From Halorussus marinus (GTDB taxonomy: Archaea; Halobacteriota; Halobacteria; Halobacteriales; Haladaptataceae): DNA of 64,000 bases. The notes beneath the pieces are model-generated. The model was not told where the DNA came from and searched no databases. It worked only from the letters and a program-made list of their open reading frames with translations. Position numbers and translations under genes: made by a program. The DNA is taken from NCBI RefSeq assembly GCF_004765795.1, contig NZ_SBIV01000002.1:496001-560000 (forward strand), read 5' to 3'. Positions 29,445 through 38,728 of the stretch are shown here, piece by piece. Numbering within the stretch: position 1 is the stretch's first letter; each line of letters opens with the position of its first letter.

Positions 29445-30737
29445 CTACGTCACGCCGCCGCCTCGTTTGTCGAACGACTCGTACTCGTCGCCGTCTAACA
29501 CCGCACGGAACGCCTCGACCACCTCCCAGACGTCCTCGTAACCGACGTACAGCGGTGACGGACACACCCGGACGACGTTCGGCGGCCGGAAGTCCGCGAC
29601 GACGCCCCGAGCTTTGAGCGCTTCGGTGATCCGGTAGCCCTCGGGGTGTTCGATCGCGACGTGGCCGCCCCGGCGCTCGGGGTCGCGGGGCGTGCCGACC
29701 TCGCATTCGGGCAGGCGTTCGTCGACGAGCGCGACGAGGTAGTCGGTGAGCCCGAGGGACTTCTCGCGGACCGCCTCGACCGCGCCGGCGTCGGTCGCGT
29801 CGGCGGCGTCGGCGAACACGTCGAGCGAGCCGGCCAGCGGCGCCGCCGAGAGGACCGGCACGGTGCCGATCTGGTAGGCGCCGGCGTCGGCGGCGGGCGT
29901 GTAGGTCGGGTTCATCTCGAACTGCGTCTCCTTCTCGTGGCCCCACCACCCGGCGAGGGCGGGCGTCTCGCCGAAGTGACGCTCGGCGACGTACAGCCCC
30001 GCGATCGACCCGGGACCGGCGTTGAGGTACTTGTAGGTACACCAGACCGCAAAGTCCACCCCCGCCGCCGAGAGGTCGTGGGGAACGACGCCGACCGAGT
30101 GGGCCAGATCGAAGCCCGCGAGCGCGTCCGCCTCGTGGGCGGCCTCGGTGATCCGCTCGACGTCGAGGAGCTGGCCGCTCCGGTAGAGCACCGAGGGCAT
30201 GAACACGATGGCGGTGTCGGCACCGATCGCGTCGACGACGTCGGCTTCCTCGATGGTGCGGCCGTCGCGGCTCTCGACGACGGTCAGCGCCTCGTCGGGG
30301 TCCCGGCCGCGCTGGCGGAGCTGGGCCCGGATGGCGTAGTGGTCGGTCGGGAAATCGAGGTCGTTTACGACGATCTCGGTTCCGTCGGCGCGGTCGTAGA
30401 ACGTCCCGATCAGCGTGTGGATGTTGACGGTCGTGGAGTTGGCGACGACGACCTCCTCGTCGGCGGCGCCCACGAGCGGCGCGAGCCGGTCGCCGAGGCG
30501 CTCGCCGTAGTGGAACCACTCGGGGTCGGCCTCGGTCCACCCGCGGATGGCCAGATCGCGCCACTCGTCGACCGCCGAGTCGAGCGCGTCCTCGGCGTCC
30601 GCCGAGAGCAGGCCGAGCGAGTTGCCGTCGACGTACAGCTCGTCGTCGGGGTCGTAAAAGCGGTCCGCGAGGTGCGCCAGCGGGTCTTCGGCGTCCCTGC
30701 GGGCCGCGAACGCCGCCCCGGATTCGAACTCTTCCAT
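29445..30737 (-). CDS. kynU: kynureninase
   Basis: YVDGNSLGL, FPTDHY, DLAHSVG, WCTYKYLNAGPG, GWWGH, DFRPP.VVR; start 30737 or 30764. Confidence 0.93.
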   Translation of the reverse strand: MEEFESGAAFAARRDAEDPLAHLADRFYDPDDELYVDGNSLGLLSADAEDALDSAVDEWRDLAIRGWTEADPEWFHYGERLGDRLAPLVGAADEEVVVANSTTVNIHTLIGTFYDRADGTEIVVNDLDFPTDHYAIRAQLRQRGRDPDEALTVVESRDGRTIEEADVVDAIGADTAIVFMPSVLYRSGQLLDVERITEAAHEADALAGFDLAHSVGVVPHDLSAAGVDFAVWCTYKYLNAGPGSIAGLYVAERHFGETPALAGWWGHEKETQFEMNPTYTPAADAGAYQIGTVPVLSAAPLAGSLDVFADAADATDAGAVEAVREKSLGLTDYLVALVDERLPECEVGTPRDPERRGGHVAIEHPEGYRITEALKARGVVADFRPPNVVRVCPSPLYVGYEDVWEVVEAFRAVLDGDEYESFDKRGGGVT

Positions 30738-30787
30738 GCGCGAGTCGAGCGTCGCCGCCGCCATAGTCCTTTACCACGCCGAACGGG

Positions 30788-31642
30788 TCACCGGATCGGT
30801 GGCCGGTGGTCGATCCCGGTCACCCGCGCTCGCCAGTACGGGAGGTCGCCGGCCGGTAGCCGCCACGCGACCGACGCCTCGGTCGGGACGGTCACGCCGT
30901 TTCGCTCCCGGTAGCGCCCGAACGAGCCGGTCCACGGCGTCGACTCGAAGCGCCCGTCCGGGAGCCGACGCGGCCGGTCGGCGGTCACGCGCACGATCCG
31001 GTCGTCCTCGAAGTGGAACACCGCCGACGCGGTGGTCCCCCGGTGATCGACGGTCGCGCGCGCCGACCGGTCGTCGATCGGGTCCCACGCGACGCCCGCC
31101 CCGGGCGCCAGCGCGGACGGGAGCCAGACCGCCTCGGCGAGGTACCGCACCAGCTCGCCCTCGTCGAGCTCCGGTGTCGGAGCCGGGTCGGCGACGGCGA
31201 CGAGCCCGAAGAGCGTCGCCCGGAGCCCGCCCGTGCCCCCGACGTACGAGTCGACGACTCGGACGGGCACGAGCGGCGCCGCCTCGATGGCGGCGTCCCA
31301 GACGAACCCCGGCGGGCGGACCGCGACGTGGTGGGTCGCGGCGAACGGCTTCCACGCCGATTCGGCGCCGCCGAGCCGGAACTCGCCGCGCTGTCGGAGC
31401 CGGGCGGTCCGGACGTGGGACCGGTCGTCCGCGAGCGCAAGGTCGAGGTACCGCCGGACGGGGTCTGGCAGGCCCGCGAACTCCTCGGGGGCGACGGCGC
31501 GACGGGACCGATCGGCGTCCGCGAGCAGGTCGGCGACGAGCGTCGCGGTCGCGCGCTCGTGGCGCAGTCGGCCCGCCAGCCCGACCGCGGCGGCGCCGAC
31601 CGCGAGGACGCCCGTCGATTTCAGGAGCGTTCGGAGACCCAT
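30788..31642 (-). CDS. membrane-anchored conserved protein (DUF6544-like)
   Basis: N-terminal anchor, LPDPVRRYL, PPGFVWDA, GELVRYLAE..WLP. Confidence 0.72.
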   Translation of the reverse strand: MGLRTLLKSTGVLAVGAAAVGLAGRLRHERATATLVADLLADADRSRRAVAPEEFAGLPDPVRRYLDLALADDRSHVRTARLRQRGEFRLGGAESAWKPFAATHHVAVRPPGFVWDAAIEAAPLVPVRVVDSYVGGTGGLRATLFGLVAVADPAPTPELDEGELVRYLAEAVWLPSALAPGAGVAWDPIDDRSARATVDHRGTTASAVFHFEDDRIVRVTADRPRRLPDGRFESTPWTGSFGRYRERNGVTVPTEASVAWRLPAGDLPYWRARVTGIDHRPPIR

Positions 31643-31727
31643 ACCCCTCGATCGGCGCCCACCGCCAAGAGCGTCTCGGGGCGAACCGACGCCCACTACT
31701 TTGACGGTCGGGTGTCTACTCCCGAGC

Positions 31728-32756
31728 GTGACCGAACCCCTGCAAACCGAACTCGACCCCGAGGCGGTCGCGGTGATCGAAGAGATCGAGGCCGCGGGCG
31801 TCCCCGAGTGGTCGGCGCTGTCGGTCGCGGCGGCCCGCCGCGTCGAGGACGAGGTGTTCGCCGGCGACGATCCGCCCGACGTCGACTTCGTCCGGGATCT
31901 CGCGATTCCCGGCCCCGAGACGGGAGCCGACGCCGGGGGCGGCGCGGCCGCCGACGGGATTCCGATCCGCGTCTACCGCCACGCCGACCCCGACGACGAC
32001 CCGCCGGTGCTGGTGTACTACCACGGCGGCGGGTGGGTGGTGGGGACGCTCGACTCGATCGACGGCGTCTGTCGCCGACTCGCCCGCCGCGGGGAGTGTG
32101 TCGTGATCTCGGTCGACTACCGGCTCGCGCCCGAACACCCCTTCCCGGCCGCGGTCGAGGACGCAGAGGCCGCCCTCCGGTGGGCCGCGGCCAACGCCGG
32201 GGTCTTCGGCGGCGACCCCGACCGACTCGCGGTCGGCGGGACCAGCGCGGGCGGGAACCTCGCGGCCGCGGCCGCGCTCCGGGCGAGCCACGACGCGACT
32301 CGGAGCGGCGAGCGGAGACCGACGACCCGCGAGCGAGCGCGCGACGCCGAGGGCCCCGCGCTCGCGCGCCAGTTCCTGCTGTATCCGATCACCGACTACG
32401 CGTTCGACACCGATTCCTACGCCGAGAACGGCGACGGGCCGCTGTTGACCGAGCGCGACATGCGGTGGTTCTGGGACAACTACCTCCGGAGCGAGATCGA
32501 CGGCGCGAACCCCTACGCGTCGCCGCTCCGGGCGCCGGACCTCTCGGAGGTGGCGCCCGCGACGGTGGTGACCGCGGGGTTCGATCCGCTCCGCGACGAG
32601 GGGATCGCGTACGCCGACCGGCTCGCGGACGCCGGCGTCGCGGTCCGCCACGACCACTTCCCCGACCAGCCCCACGGCTTTCTCAGCACGAGCGAGTCGG
32701 TCGCGGCGGCCGACGCGGCGCTCGACGACCTCGGGCGGGAGCTCCGGTCGCTCTGA
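31728..32756 (+). CDS. HSL-family alpha/beta hydrolase (esterase)
   Basis: HGGGW, DYRLAPEH.FPAA, GTSAGG, DPLRDEG, HGF; GTG start. Confidence 0.92.
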   Translation: MTEPLQTELDPEAVAVIEEIEAAGVPEWSALSVAAARRVEDEVFAGDDPPDVDFVRDLAIPGPETGADAGGGAAADGIPIRVYRHADPDDDPPVLVYYHGGGWVVGTLDSIDGVCRRLARRGECVVISVDYRLAPEHPFPAAVEDAEAALRWAAANAGVFGGDPDRLAVGGTSAGGNLAAAAALRASHDATRSGERRPTTRERARDAEGPALARQFLLYPITDYAFDTDSYAENGDGPLLTERDMRWFWDNYLRSEIDGANPYASPLRAPDLSEVAPATVVTAGFDPLRDEGIAYADRLADAGVAVRHDHFPDQPHGFLSTSESVAAADAALDDLGRELRSL

Positions 32757-32759
32757 GCC

Positions 32760-33179
32760 TCAGCGCTCGTCGTCGGGAGCCACCGGCTTGCCCTCCTCGG
32801 TGGGCGGGGCGACGTGGTCGACGAACGCCTCGACGTCCGGCTCCTCGACCCGAATCCGGACGTGGATGTCCCCGAGCTCGTCGGGGTTGCCCACCGCGAA
32901 GTTGACGACGCCCTGGAAGGCGGCCTGCTTTTTGAGGTCGAACGAGAGGGTGTCGCCCCGACGGTTCCCGAACAGCTCTCCGCGCGCGGTGTCGAGGATC
33001 TCCTGACGGTGGAGTAGCTCCGAGAAGTGATCGAGCGAGTGGGTCTCGGCGGCGATCTCGCCGTGGCGCTCCTCGACGTCCGCGCCGGGGAAGACGTTGG
33101 TGATCGCGTCGGCGATGCGGTCGCCGAGTTCGGTGTCGTTGACCGGCGCGGTGATCTGGACGTCGACGCTGTAGATCAC
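32760..33179 (-). CDS. UPF0201/DUF54 RNA-binding-fold protein
   Basis: V..TE...RI..AI.N.FP, QEILDTAR, L.KQAA..G.VNF; overlaps the kinase stop. Confidence 0.82.
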   Translation of the reverse strand: MIYSVDVQITAPVNDTELGDRIADAITNVFPGADVEERHGEIAAETHSLDHFSELLHRQEILDTARGELFGNRRGDTLSFDLKKQAAFQGVVNFAVGNPDELGDIHVRIRVEEPDVEAFVDHVAPPTEEGKPVAPDDER

Positions 33180-33745
33180 GCCGTGCTCACCTCCTCGAGC
33201 GCGTCGACGCCCTCGGTGAGGAGCGTCCGGATCGTCTCCTGAAACGCCGACAGCGAGTCGGTGTTTCGGATCGTCACGTCCGCGCGGGCGATGGCGTCGT
33301 CCATCCCGAACCCGCGCTCGCGCTCGTCGCGCTCGCGCAGCGACTCGCCGTCGTCGGTGTTGTCCCGGCCGCGGTCGGTCACGCGGTCGGCCCGGACCTC
33401 GTACGGCGCCTCGATGCCGACCAGCGCGAAGTCGTCGCCGAACGCCGACTCGAAGCGTTCGACTTCCACGCCCGACCGGATGCCGTCGACCAGCACGGTG
33501 TCGCCGTCTTCGAGCGCCTCCTCGACGACGGGGAGCGAGCGCTGGGCGACCGCGTCCGGGCCGTTCTCCTCGCGGAGTTTGGCCGCGATCTCGCCGTGGT
33601 GGTCCGCCGGGTCGAGCCCGCGGTCCCGACACTCCCGGCGGATCACGTCCCCCATCGTCACGACCGGGACCCCGAGTGCTTCGGCGACGGCCGCGGCCTC
33701 GCCCTTGCCGCTGCCGGGCAGGCCCACGGTACCGATTACTCTCAT
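33176..33745 (-). CDS. UPF0200 P-loop kinase (archaeal dephospho-CoA-kinase-like)
   Basis: GLPGSGKG, MGDVIR, DGIRS..E, RD.RE..FG, AD..I.N. Confidence 0.82.
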   Translation of the reverse strand: MRVIGTVGLPGSGKGEAAAVAEALGVPVVTMGDVIRRECRDRGLDPADHHGEIAAKLREENGPDAVAQRSLPVVEEALEDGDTVLVDGIRSGVEVERFESAFGDDFALVGIEAPYEVRADRVTDRGRDNTDDGESLRERDERERGFGMDDAIARADVTIRNTDSLSAFQETIRTLLTEGVDALEEVSTA

Positions 33746-33848
33746 TGACGTTGAGTACTGGCGAAGCGCGCTTAAGCGCTGTGTTCCTCCGATCGAGTCG
33801 GTTCGAAACCTAAGCTCTTTTGGCGCTGAGGGAAGTACGGCCTGTCGA

Positions 33849-33968
33849 GGGCACGTAGCTCAGTCCGGATAGAGCGTCGGACTTCTATCCCGGCCGGTGT
33901 CGGCTCGCGACTCGCCGCCGGGTGGGGAAGACATCCGACGGTCGTGGGTTCAAATCCCATCGTGCCCG
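33849..33968 (+). tRNA. tRNA-Arg(UCU) with a 45-nt intron at 37/38
   Basis: Acceptor GGGCACG/CGTGCCC, D stem GCTC/GAGC, anticodon stem TCGGA/TCCGA, anticodon TCT 33884-33886, T loop TTCAAAT; intron 33888-33932 in a canonical BHB; CCA not encoded. Confidence 0.93.
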
Positions 33969-33970
33969 CT

Positions 33971-34116
33971 GATTCTGCCGCGAGCACTCGGCGAGCAATT
34001 CAGTTGCTCGCCGCACCGCGAGCGGCGAATCGAGTCGCTCGATGGGGTTTGAACCCTGCCAGTCGCGCGCAACGAAGTGAGCACGCCTGGCGCTGGTTCA
34101 CAATCCCATCTGCCCG
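33971..34116 (+). repeat. tRNA trailer with inverted and direct copies of the tRNA 3' end
   Basis: 34040-34056 CGATGGGGTTTGAACCC is the reverse complement (16/17) of tRNA 33946-33962; 34095-34116 GGTTCACAATCCCATCTGCCCG is a degenerate direct copy. Confidence 0.85.
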
Positions 34117-34117
34117 T

Positions 34118-34310
34118 CGACCTTTTACTGCGGGCGCACCGGAAGACAAACCGCGTCTTCCGAGCCTTGGCTCGCTTCGCTCGCCAAGACGCCCCGAGAG
34201 GCGCGCCCTTGTAAAACGTCGATGAAAAGCCGTCGTCACCCTCTTCGGGGGTTCCTCGGCCTGCTCACTCGCTTCGCTCGTTCGCAGTCGAAAGGCCAGC
34301 CCCACCGGAC
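34118..34310 (+). repeat. modular palindromic intergenic element, copy 4
   Basis: CGACCTTTTAC...GTAAAACGTCGATGAAAA with the same GAGCCT.GGCTCGCTTCGCTCGCC.AGACGC insert as copy 2. Confidence 0.85.
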
Positions 34311-34365
34311 GGCGAATCGCGGCTCGGCTCGTCGGCTAGGTCGGCTCGCGACGGGAAGGGTTTCG

Positions 34366-34872
34366 CTACGAGTTCCGGAAGCCGTTCAGCGCCGATCGGC
34401 CCCCGAGCAGCATCGCGACCAGACCGATCCCGATCGCGACGAGCGGCCCGTTCGACTGTTGGTTCTTCAGGAACGCGTCGCCGGGCGATTCGGGGGTCGC
34501 GTACGCCGTGACGGTGGCGCCGACCTCGTACTCGTCGACGACGTCGCTCGCGGCGGACTCGGTGTCGTACGACTGTCTCACCGACGCGGGGTAGACGTTC
34601 TGTGAGGTGTACGATTCGCCTCGATACGCGTACTCGAACCGAACGACGGGGTAGTGATCGACGCCCGTACTCGACCCCGAGCCGTCCGACTCGACGCCGG
34701 TCTCGGTGATCGTCGCGTTCACCGGGACCGCGGCGTCGATCGCCTGTCGCTGCTGGAGGTGATCGTAGCCGCCGTAGCCCGCGACGGCCACACCGACGAG
34801 GAGGACCAGCAGTCCGCCCCGAACGGGGTCGATTTCCCGGCCGCCCACGGTGATACTCGAATCGGGAGCCAC
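34366..34872 (-). CDS. DUF3592-like two-TM membrane protein
   Basis: TM - beta domain (YPVVRFEY.Y.G..YTS, Y..G.TVTAY..P..P..AFL) - TM; GTG start uncertain. Confidence 0.75.
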   Translation of the reverse strand: MAPDSSITVGGREIDPVRGGLLVLLVGVAVAGYGGYDHLQQRQAIDAAVPVNATITETGVESDGSGSSTGVDHYPVVRFEYAYRGESYTSQNVYPASVRQSYDTESAASDVVDEYEVGATVTAYATPESPGDAFLKNQQSNGPLVAIGIGLVAMLLGGRSALNGFRNS

Positions 34873-35017
34873 ACCCGTCGGTTTACGGGAGCGACTGATA
34901 GACCCACCGGAGACGACGAGTGGCTTCTCGGCCCCGGGACACTTCGTGCCCCCCACCTCCGGCACGCGGCGACCGCAGAACAGAAAGCTTACACGGGCCT
35001 CGCGGGACGACGCCGAC

Positions 35018-35197
35018 ATGTCCAGCCCTCCAGTCTCGGACCCCCAGTATCGGTACGGCGTCGCGACGCTCGAATGGGCGCGCGAAGAGCAGGCGACGCT
35101 CGACGAGTGGTCGACTCGACGCGCCGACCCCCACCGTGTGCGGGCGGCGCTGTTGACCGAGTGGCTCGGGAGCCTGCGGGATCGCCTGCTCGACTGA
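35018..35197 (+). CDS. hypothetical small protein
   Basis: 59-aa ORF with ATG about 30 nt after AAGCTTA; no recognised motif. Confidence 0.35.
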   Translation: MSSPPVSDPQYRYGVATLEWAREEQATLDEWSTRRADPHRVRAALLTEWLGSLRDRLLD

Positions 35198-35206
35198 GCG
35201 GGGGTC

Positions 35207-35356
35207 TCAGAGGAGTTCGCCCACGTCCTGGATCGCGGACCGACAGAACGGACACCGGTAGTTCGTCTGGAAGTCGTTGTGCTGGGCCACGGTCCGGGTT
35301 TCGAGCTCGTGCATGGCGATACTGCGACCGCAGTCGGGACACGATACCTTCGTCAC
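35207..35356 (-). CDS. small CPxCG zinc-finger protein
   Basis: SCPDCGR...YRCPFC; GTG 35356 about 30 nt after TTTAAG on the minus strand. Confidence 0.72.
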   Translation of the reverse strand: MTKVSCPDCGRSIAMHELETRTVAQHNDFQTNYRCPFCRSAIQDVGELL

Positions 35357-35446
35357 GAGGCGTGTGTCTACACCACACACGCTTAAACTCCACTGTAAGT
35401 CAGGGAAACAAACCACTTTCCCGAGCAGTCCGCCCGGGCGACGGCG

Positions 35447-36541
35447 TTACGCCTCGAAGCCGTCCTCGAACCGGAACGTCCCGTCGCGCTGGACGACCTC
35501 GCCGTCGACCTCGATGTAGGAGTCCTCGGACATGTCGACGATCATGTCGACGTGGACCGCCGACTCGTTGCCCGACTCGCCCTCGGGGAGACAGGCCTCG
35601 TAGGCCCGACCCACCGCGAGGTGGACCGTATCGCCCATCTTCTCGTCGAACAGCATGTTGTAGGTGAACCGGTCGATGTCGCGGTTCATCCCGATACCGA
35701 GTTCGCCGAGTCGGCGGGCGCCCTCGTCGGTGTTCAGCACCTCGGTCAGGACGTCCTCGTTTTTGCTCGCGGCGTGCTCGACGACCTCGCCGTCCTCGAA
35801 CCGGAGCCGGGCGTCCTCGACCTCGTGGCCCTGATGGATCAGGGGTTTGTCGAAAAGCACCTCGCCCTCGACCGAGTCGGCGACCGGCGCGGTGAACACC
35901 TCGCCGCCCGGGAGGTTGTTGGTCGCCTGATCGTTGATCGTGGTCATCCCGTCGACGCTCAGCCGGAGGTCGGTCGTCTCGCCGCTGACGATCCGGACCT
36001 CCTCGGCGGGGTCGAGGATCTCGACCATCTGGTCCTGGAACTCCCGCTGGGCGTCCCAGTCCTTGTCGATGGCCGACCAGACGAACTGCTCGTACTCGGG
36101 GGTCGACATCTCGGCGTTCTGGGCGTCGGCGGGCGCGGGGAACTGGGTGAGCACCCACGTCGTGTCGAGGATCTCCTCGCGGATCGGACTGTGGGACTTC
36201 CGGAACGCCGACATGGTCTGGGAGGGGACCGCGCTCATGTCGGCGACGTTGTCGTGAGCCCGGACGTGGATCCACACGTCGGCGGCCTCGGCGAGCGCGA
36301 GCTCGTGGTCGGGCGCGTCGAGGGCGTCGGCGTCGGCCGCCCGGAGGAACGCCGCGCGGGTGGCGTCCTGCCGGCCGGCGACGTGGAGCGGGAACGCCTC
36401 GCGCTCGCCGACGACCTCACAGAGCGCGAGCGTGAGGTCTTCGGCCGCGGGCGGGGCGCTGACGACGACGTTGTCTCCGGCCTCGACTTCGGTGGAGTGG
36501 TCGACGACGACTTCGGCGTGCTTTCGGATCCGCGGGTCCAT
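35447..36541 (-). CDS. M29 family aminopeptidase
   Basis: NLPGGEVFTAP, GARRLGELGIG, LFDEKMG.T.HLA.G.AY, N.S..HVD. Confidence 0.93.
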   Translation of the reverse strand: MDPRIRKHAEVVVDHSTEVEAGDNVVVSAPPAAEDLTLALCEVVGEREAFPLHVAGRQDATRAAFLRAADADALDAPDHELALAEAADVWIHVRAHDNVADMSAVPSQTMSAFRKSHSPIREEILDTTWVLTQFPAPADAQNAEMSTPEYEQFVWSAIDKDWDAQREFQDQMVEILDPAEEVRIVSGETTDLRLSVDGMTTINDQATNNLPGGEVFTAPVADSVEGEVLFDKPLIHQGHEVEDARLRFEDGEVVEHAASKNEDVLTEVLNTDEGARRLGELGIGMNRDIDRFTYNMLFDEKMGDTVHLAVGRAYEACLPEGESGNESAVHVDMIVDMSEDSYIEVDGEVVQRDGTFRFEDGFEA

Positions 36542-36636
36542 ACCCGAACGTCTGGTGAGCCGGCCAAACCGCTTTCGGTCTCGAACGGCTTGCGGGCATC
36601 ACCGAGTATTTGGCGCGGGACGCGAAAGGGAGACGT

Positions 36637-37659
36637 ATGACAGACCTGCGGAGCGACACGGTGACGATGCCCGACGACCGGATGCGGGAGGCGGCCCGCG
36701 ACGCCGAGGTCGGCGACGACGTGTACCGCGAGGACCCGACGGTCAACGAACTCGAAGCCCGCGCGGCCGACCTCGTGGGGATGGAGGCGGCCCTCTACGT
36801 CCCGACCGGGACGATGGGCAACCAGATCGCGATCCGGACCCACACCGACCGCGGTCAGGAGATCCTCACCGAGCGCGAGAGCCACGTCGTCAAGTGGGAA
36901 CTGGGCGGCATCGCACAGTTCTCGGAGCTACAGGTCCGCACCCTCGACGGCGGCGAGCGCGGGATCCCGACGCCCGAACAGGTCCGCGAGGAGTACGTCG
37001 AAGAGGACCTCCACCGCCCCGGCACCGGGCTTGTCGCGGTCGAGAACACCCACAACAGCAAGGGCGGGGTCGCCATCGCGCCCGAGAAGATCGACGCCGT
37101 CGCCGAGGCCGCCCACGAGCGGGACGTGCCGGTCCACCTCGACGGCGCGCGGGTGATGAACGCCGCGGTCGCCAACGACGTCGCCCCCGAGCGGATGGTC
37201 GAGAGCGTCGACTCGGTGATGTTCTGTCTCTCGAAGGGGCTTGGCGCGCCGGTCGGATCGGTGGTCGCGGGCACCGAGGCGTTCATCGAGCGGGCCCGCC
37301 GGACCCGCAAGCTGTTCGGCGGCGGGATGCGTCAGGCCGGCGTGATCGCCGCGCCGGGGCTGGTCGCGCTCGAAAACGTCGACCGGCTCGCCGAGGACCA
37401 CGAGAACGCCCGCGCGCTCGCCGACCGGCTCGCCGAGATCGAGGGGCTCGGCGTACAGGAACCCGAGACGAACATCGTGCTCGTGGACACGGAGCAGACG
37501 GGACTGACCGCCGAGGAGTTCCTCGAGACCGCCGCCGACGCCGGCGTCCGGGGCGTCGAGTTCGACACCCACGTCGCGCGGTTCTGCACTCACTGGGACG
37601 TCGACCGCGAGGACGTGGTCGAGGCGGCCGAACGCGTCGGCGAGGCGCTCGAAGGCTGA
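36637..37659 (+). CDS. ltaE: low-specificity L-threonine aldolase
   Basis: DLRSDTVT, GDDVY.EDPTV, GTMGNQ, ENTHN, HLDGAR, CLSKGLGAP. Confidence 0.92.
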   Translation: MTDLRSDTVTMPDDRMREAARDAEVGDDVYREDPTVNELEARAADLVGMEAALYVPTGTMGNQIAIRTHTDRGQEILTERESHVVKWELGGIAQFSELQVRTLDGGERGIPTPEQVREEYVEEDLHRPGTGLVAVENTHNSKGGVAIAPEKIDAVAEAAHERDVPVHLDGARVMNAAVANDVAPERMVESVDSVMFCLSKGLGAPVGSVVAGTEAFIERARRTRKLFGGGMRQAGVIAAPGLVALENVDRLAEDHENARALADRLAEIEGLGVQEPETNIVLVDTEQTGLTAEEFLETAADAGVRGVEFDTHVARFCTHWDVDREDVVEAAERVGEALEG

Positions 37660-37724
37660 ATCGGCCGTTCGGGCGCCCGGTCGAGTCGACCCGACGCGGT
37701 GACGCCCGGCGGACCCGACCGCTC

Positions 37725-37853
37725 TCAGCTGTTCTCCATGCCTTCCCGAAAGCTCGTCACGGTCCGGCGGATGAACAGGTACATGAACAGCACGAACCCG
37801 AGCAAGAGGGCGACGAAGCCGACGACGATCGGGTTGTTGTAGACGAACTCCAT
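37725..37853 (-). CDS. small single-TM conserved haloarchaeal protein
   Basis: MEFVYNNPIVVGFVALLLGFVLFMYLFIRRTVTSFREGM. Confidence 0.65.
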   Translation of the reverse strand: MEFVYNNPIVVGFVALLLGFVLFMYLFIRRTVTSFREGMENS

Positions 37854-37947
37854 ACGCGTACCATCCGGTCGGCCGCTCAAATTCGTTTCGACGCCGAAAG
37901 TTCGACGCTTGACAACATTCATTTGCCGGGGGTGAGTATCCGCCGAC

Positions 37948-38589
37948 ATGGCTGACCTGCTGCCCTCCACTTCGGACGCGACCGCCTCGCAGTCGGCCGA
38001 ACCGCGGGTCATCGGCGTCGACAGCGACGACGCCGACGACCTCCTCGGCGCCCTCTCGTCGTCGACCGCCCGCGAACTGCTCGCCGCGCTCCACGAGGAC
38101 CCCGCCACGCCCTCGGCGCTCGCCGAGGAGATCGACACCTCCCTCCAGAACGCCCAGTACCACCTCGGCAACCTCGAAGACGCCGACGTGATCGAGGTCG
38201 TCGACACCGTCTACTCCGAGAAGGGCCGGGAGATGAGCGTCTACGCCCCGACCGATCAGCCGCTGGTGGTGTTCGCGGGCAACGAGGAGGAGACCAGCGG
38301 GCTGAAGGCGGCGCTCTCGCGGCTCCTCGGCGCGTTCGGCGCGCTCGGACTCCTCAGCCTCGCGGTCCAGACAGCCGTCGGCGACGGCCTCCCGTTCGTC
38401 GGCGAGTCCGGGAGCGAGACGACCGGCCAGCCGAGCGGGATGTCGATCCAGTCGACCGACGCGGGCCGCCAGACCGCGGAGGCGGCGAGCAACGCGGTTC
38501 CGCCCGGCCTCCTGTTTTTCGCCGGCGGTGCGCTCGTCCTCGCGCTCGGGTTCGCGTGGTGGTACTACGCGAACGGCCGGAGTGACTAA
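37948..38589 (+). CDS. membrane-anchored ArsR-like HTH regulator
   Basis: ALSS.TAR.LL, SLQNAQYHL..L, YSEKGREM.VY; two C-terminal TM helices. Confidence 0.85.
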   Translation: MADLLPSTSDATASQSAEPRVIGVDSDDADDLLGALSSSTARELLAALHEDPATPSALAEEIDTSLQNAQYHLGNLEDADVIEVVDTVYSEKGREMSVYAPTDQPLVVFAGNEEETSGLKAALSRLLGAFGALGLLSLAVQTAVGDGLPFVGESGSETTGQPSGMSIQSTDAGRQTAEAASNAVPPGLLFFAGGALVLALGFAWWYYANGRSD

Positions 38590-38728
38590 AACGCGTCTTT
38601 GAGCTTACGGGAGCTACTTGATACGGCGGCGCGTAGGTGTGAGTGCACCGCCCCGCTTCGGCCCTCCACCCGACGCCGAACGGTCGTTCGGCGCCGATAT
38701 CCGAGCCGCCGACCGACTCCCGCGAGCG

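Noticed and set aside
33968..36541. Integrated provirus or genomic island at tRNA-Arg
   Set aside because: The direct repeat is only about 150 nt from the tRNA, there is no integrase, and downstream genes look host-like.
38590..38728. Possible sRNA or 68-aa ORF with a CGCCGAAC-GGTC-GTTCGGCG hairpin
   Set aside because: A single hairpin between convergent genes, weak TATA, and the ORF overlaps the phosphoesterase antisense.
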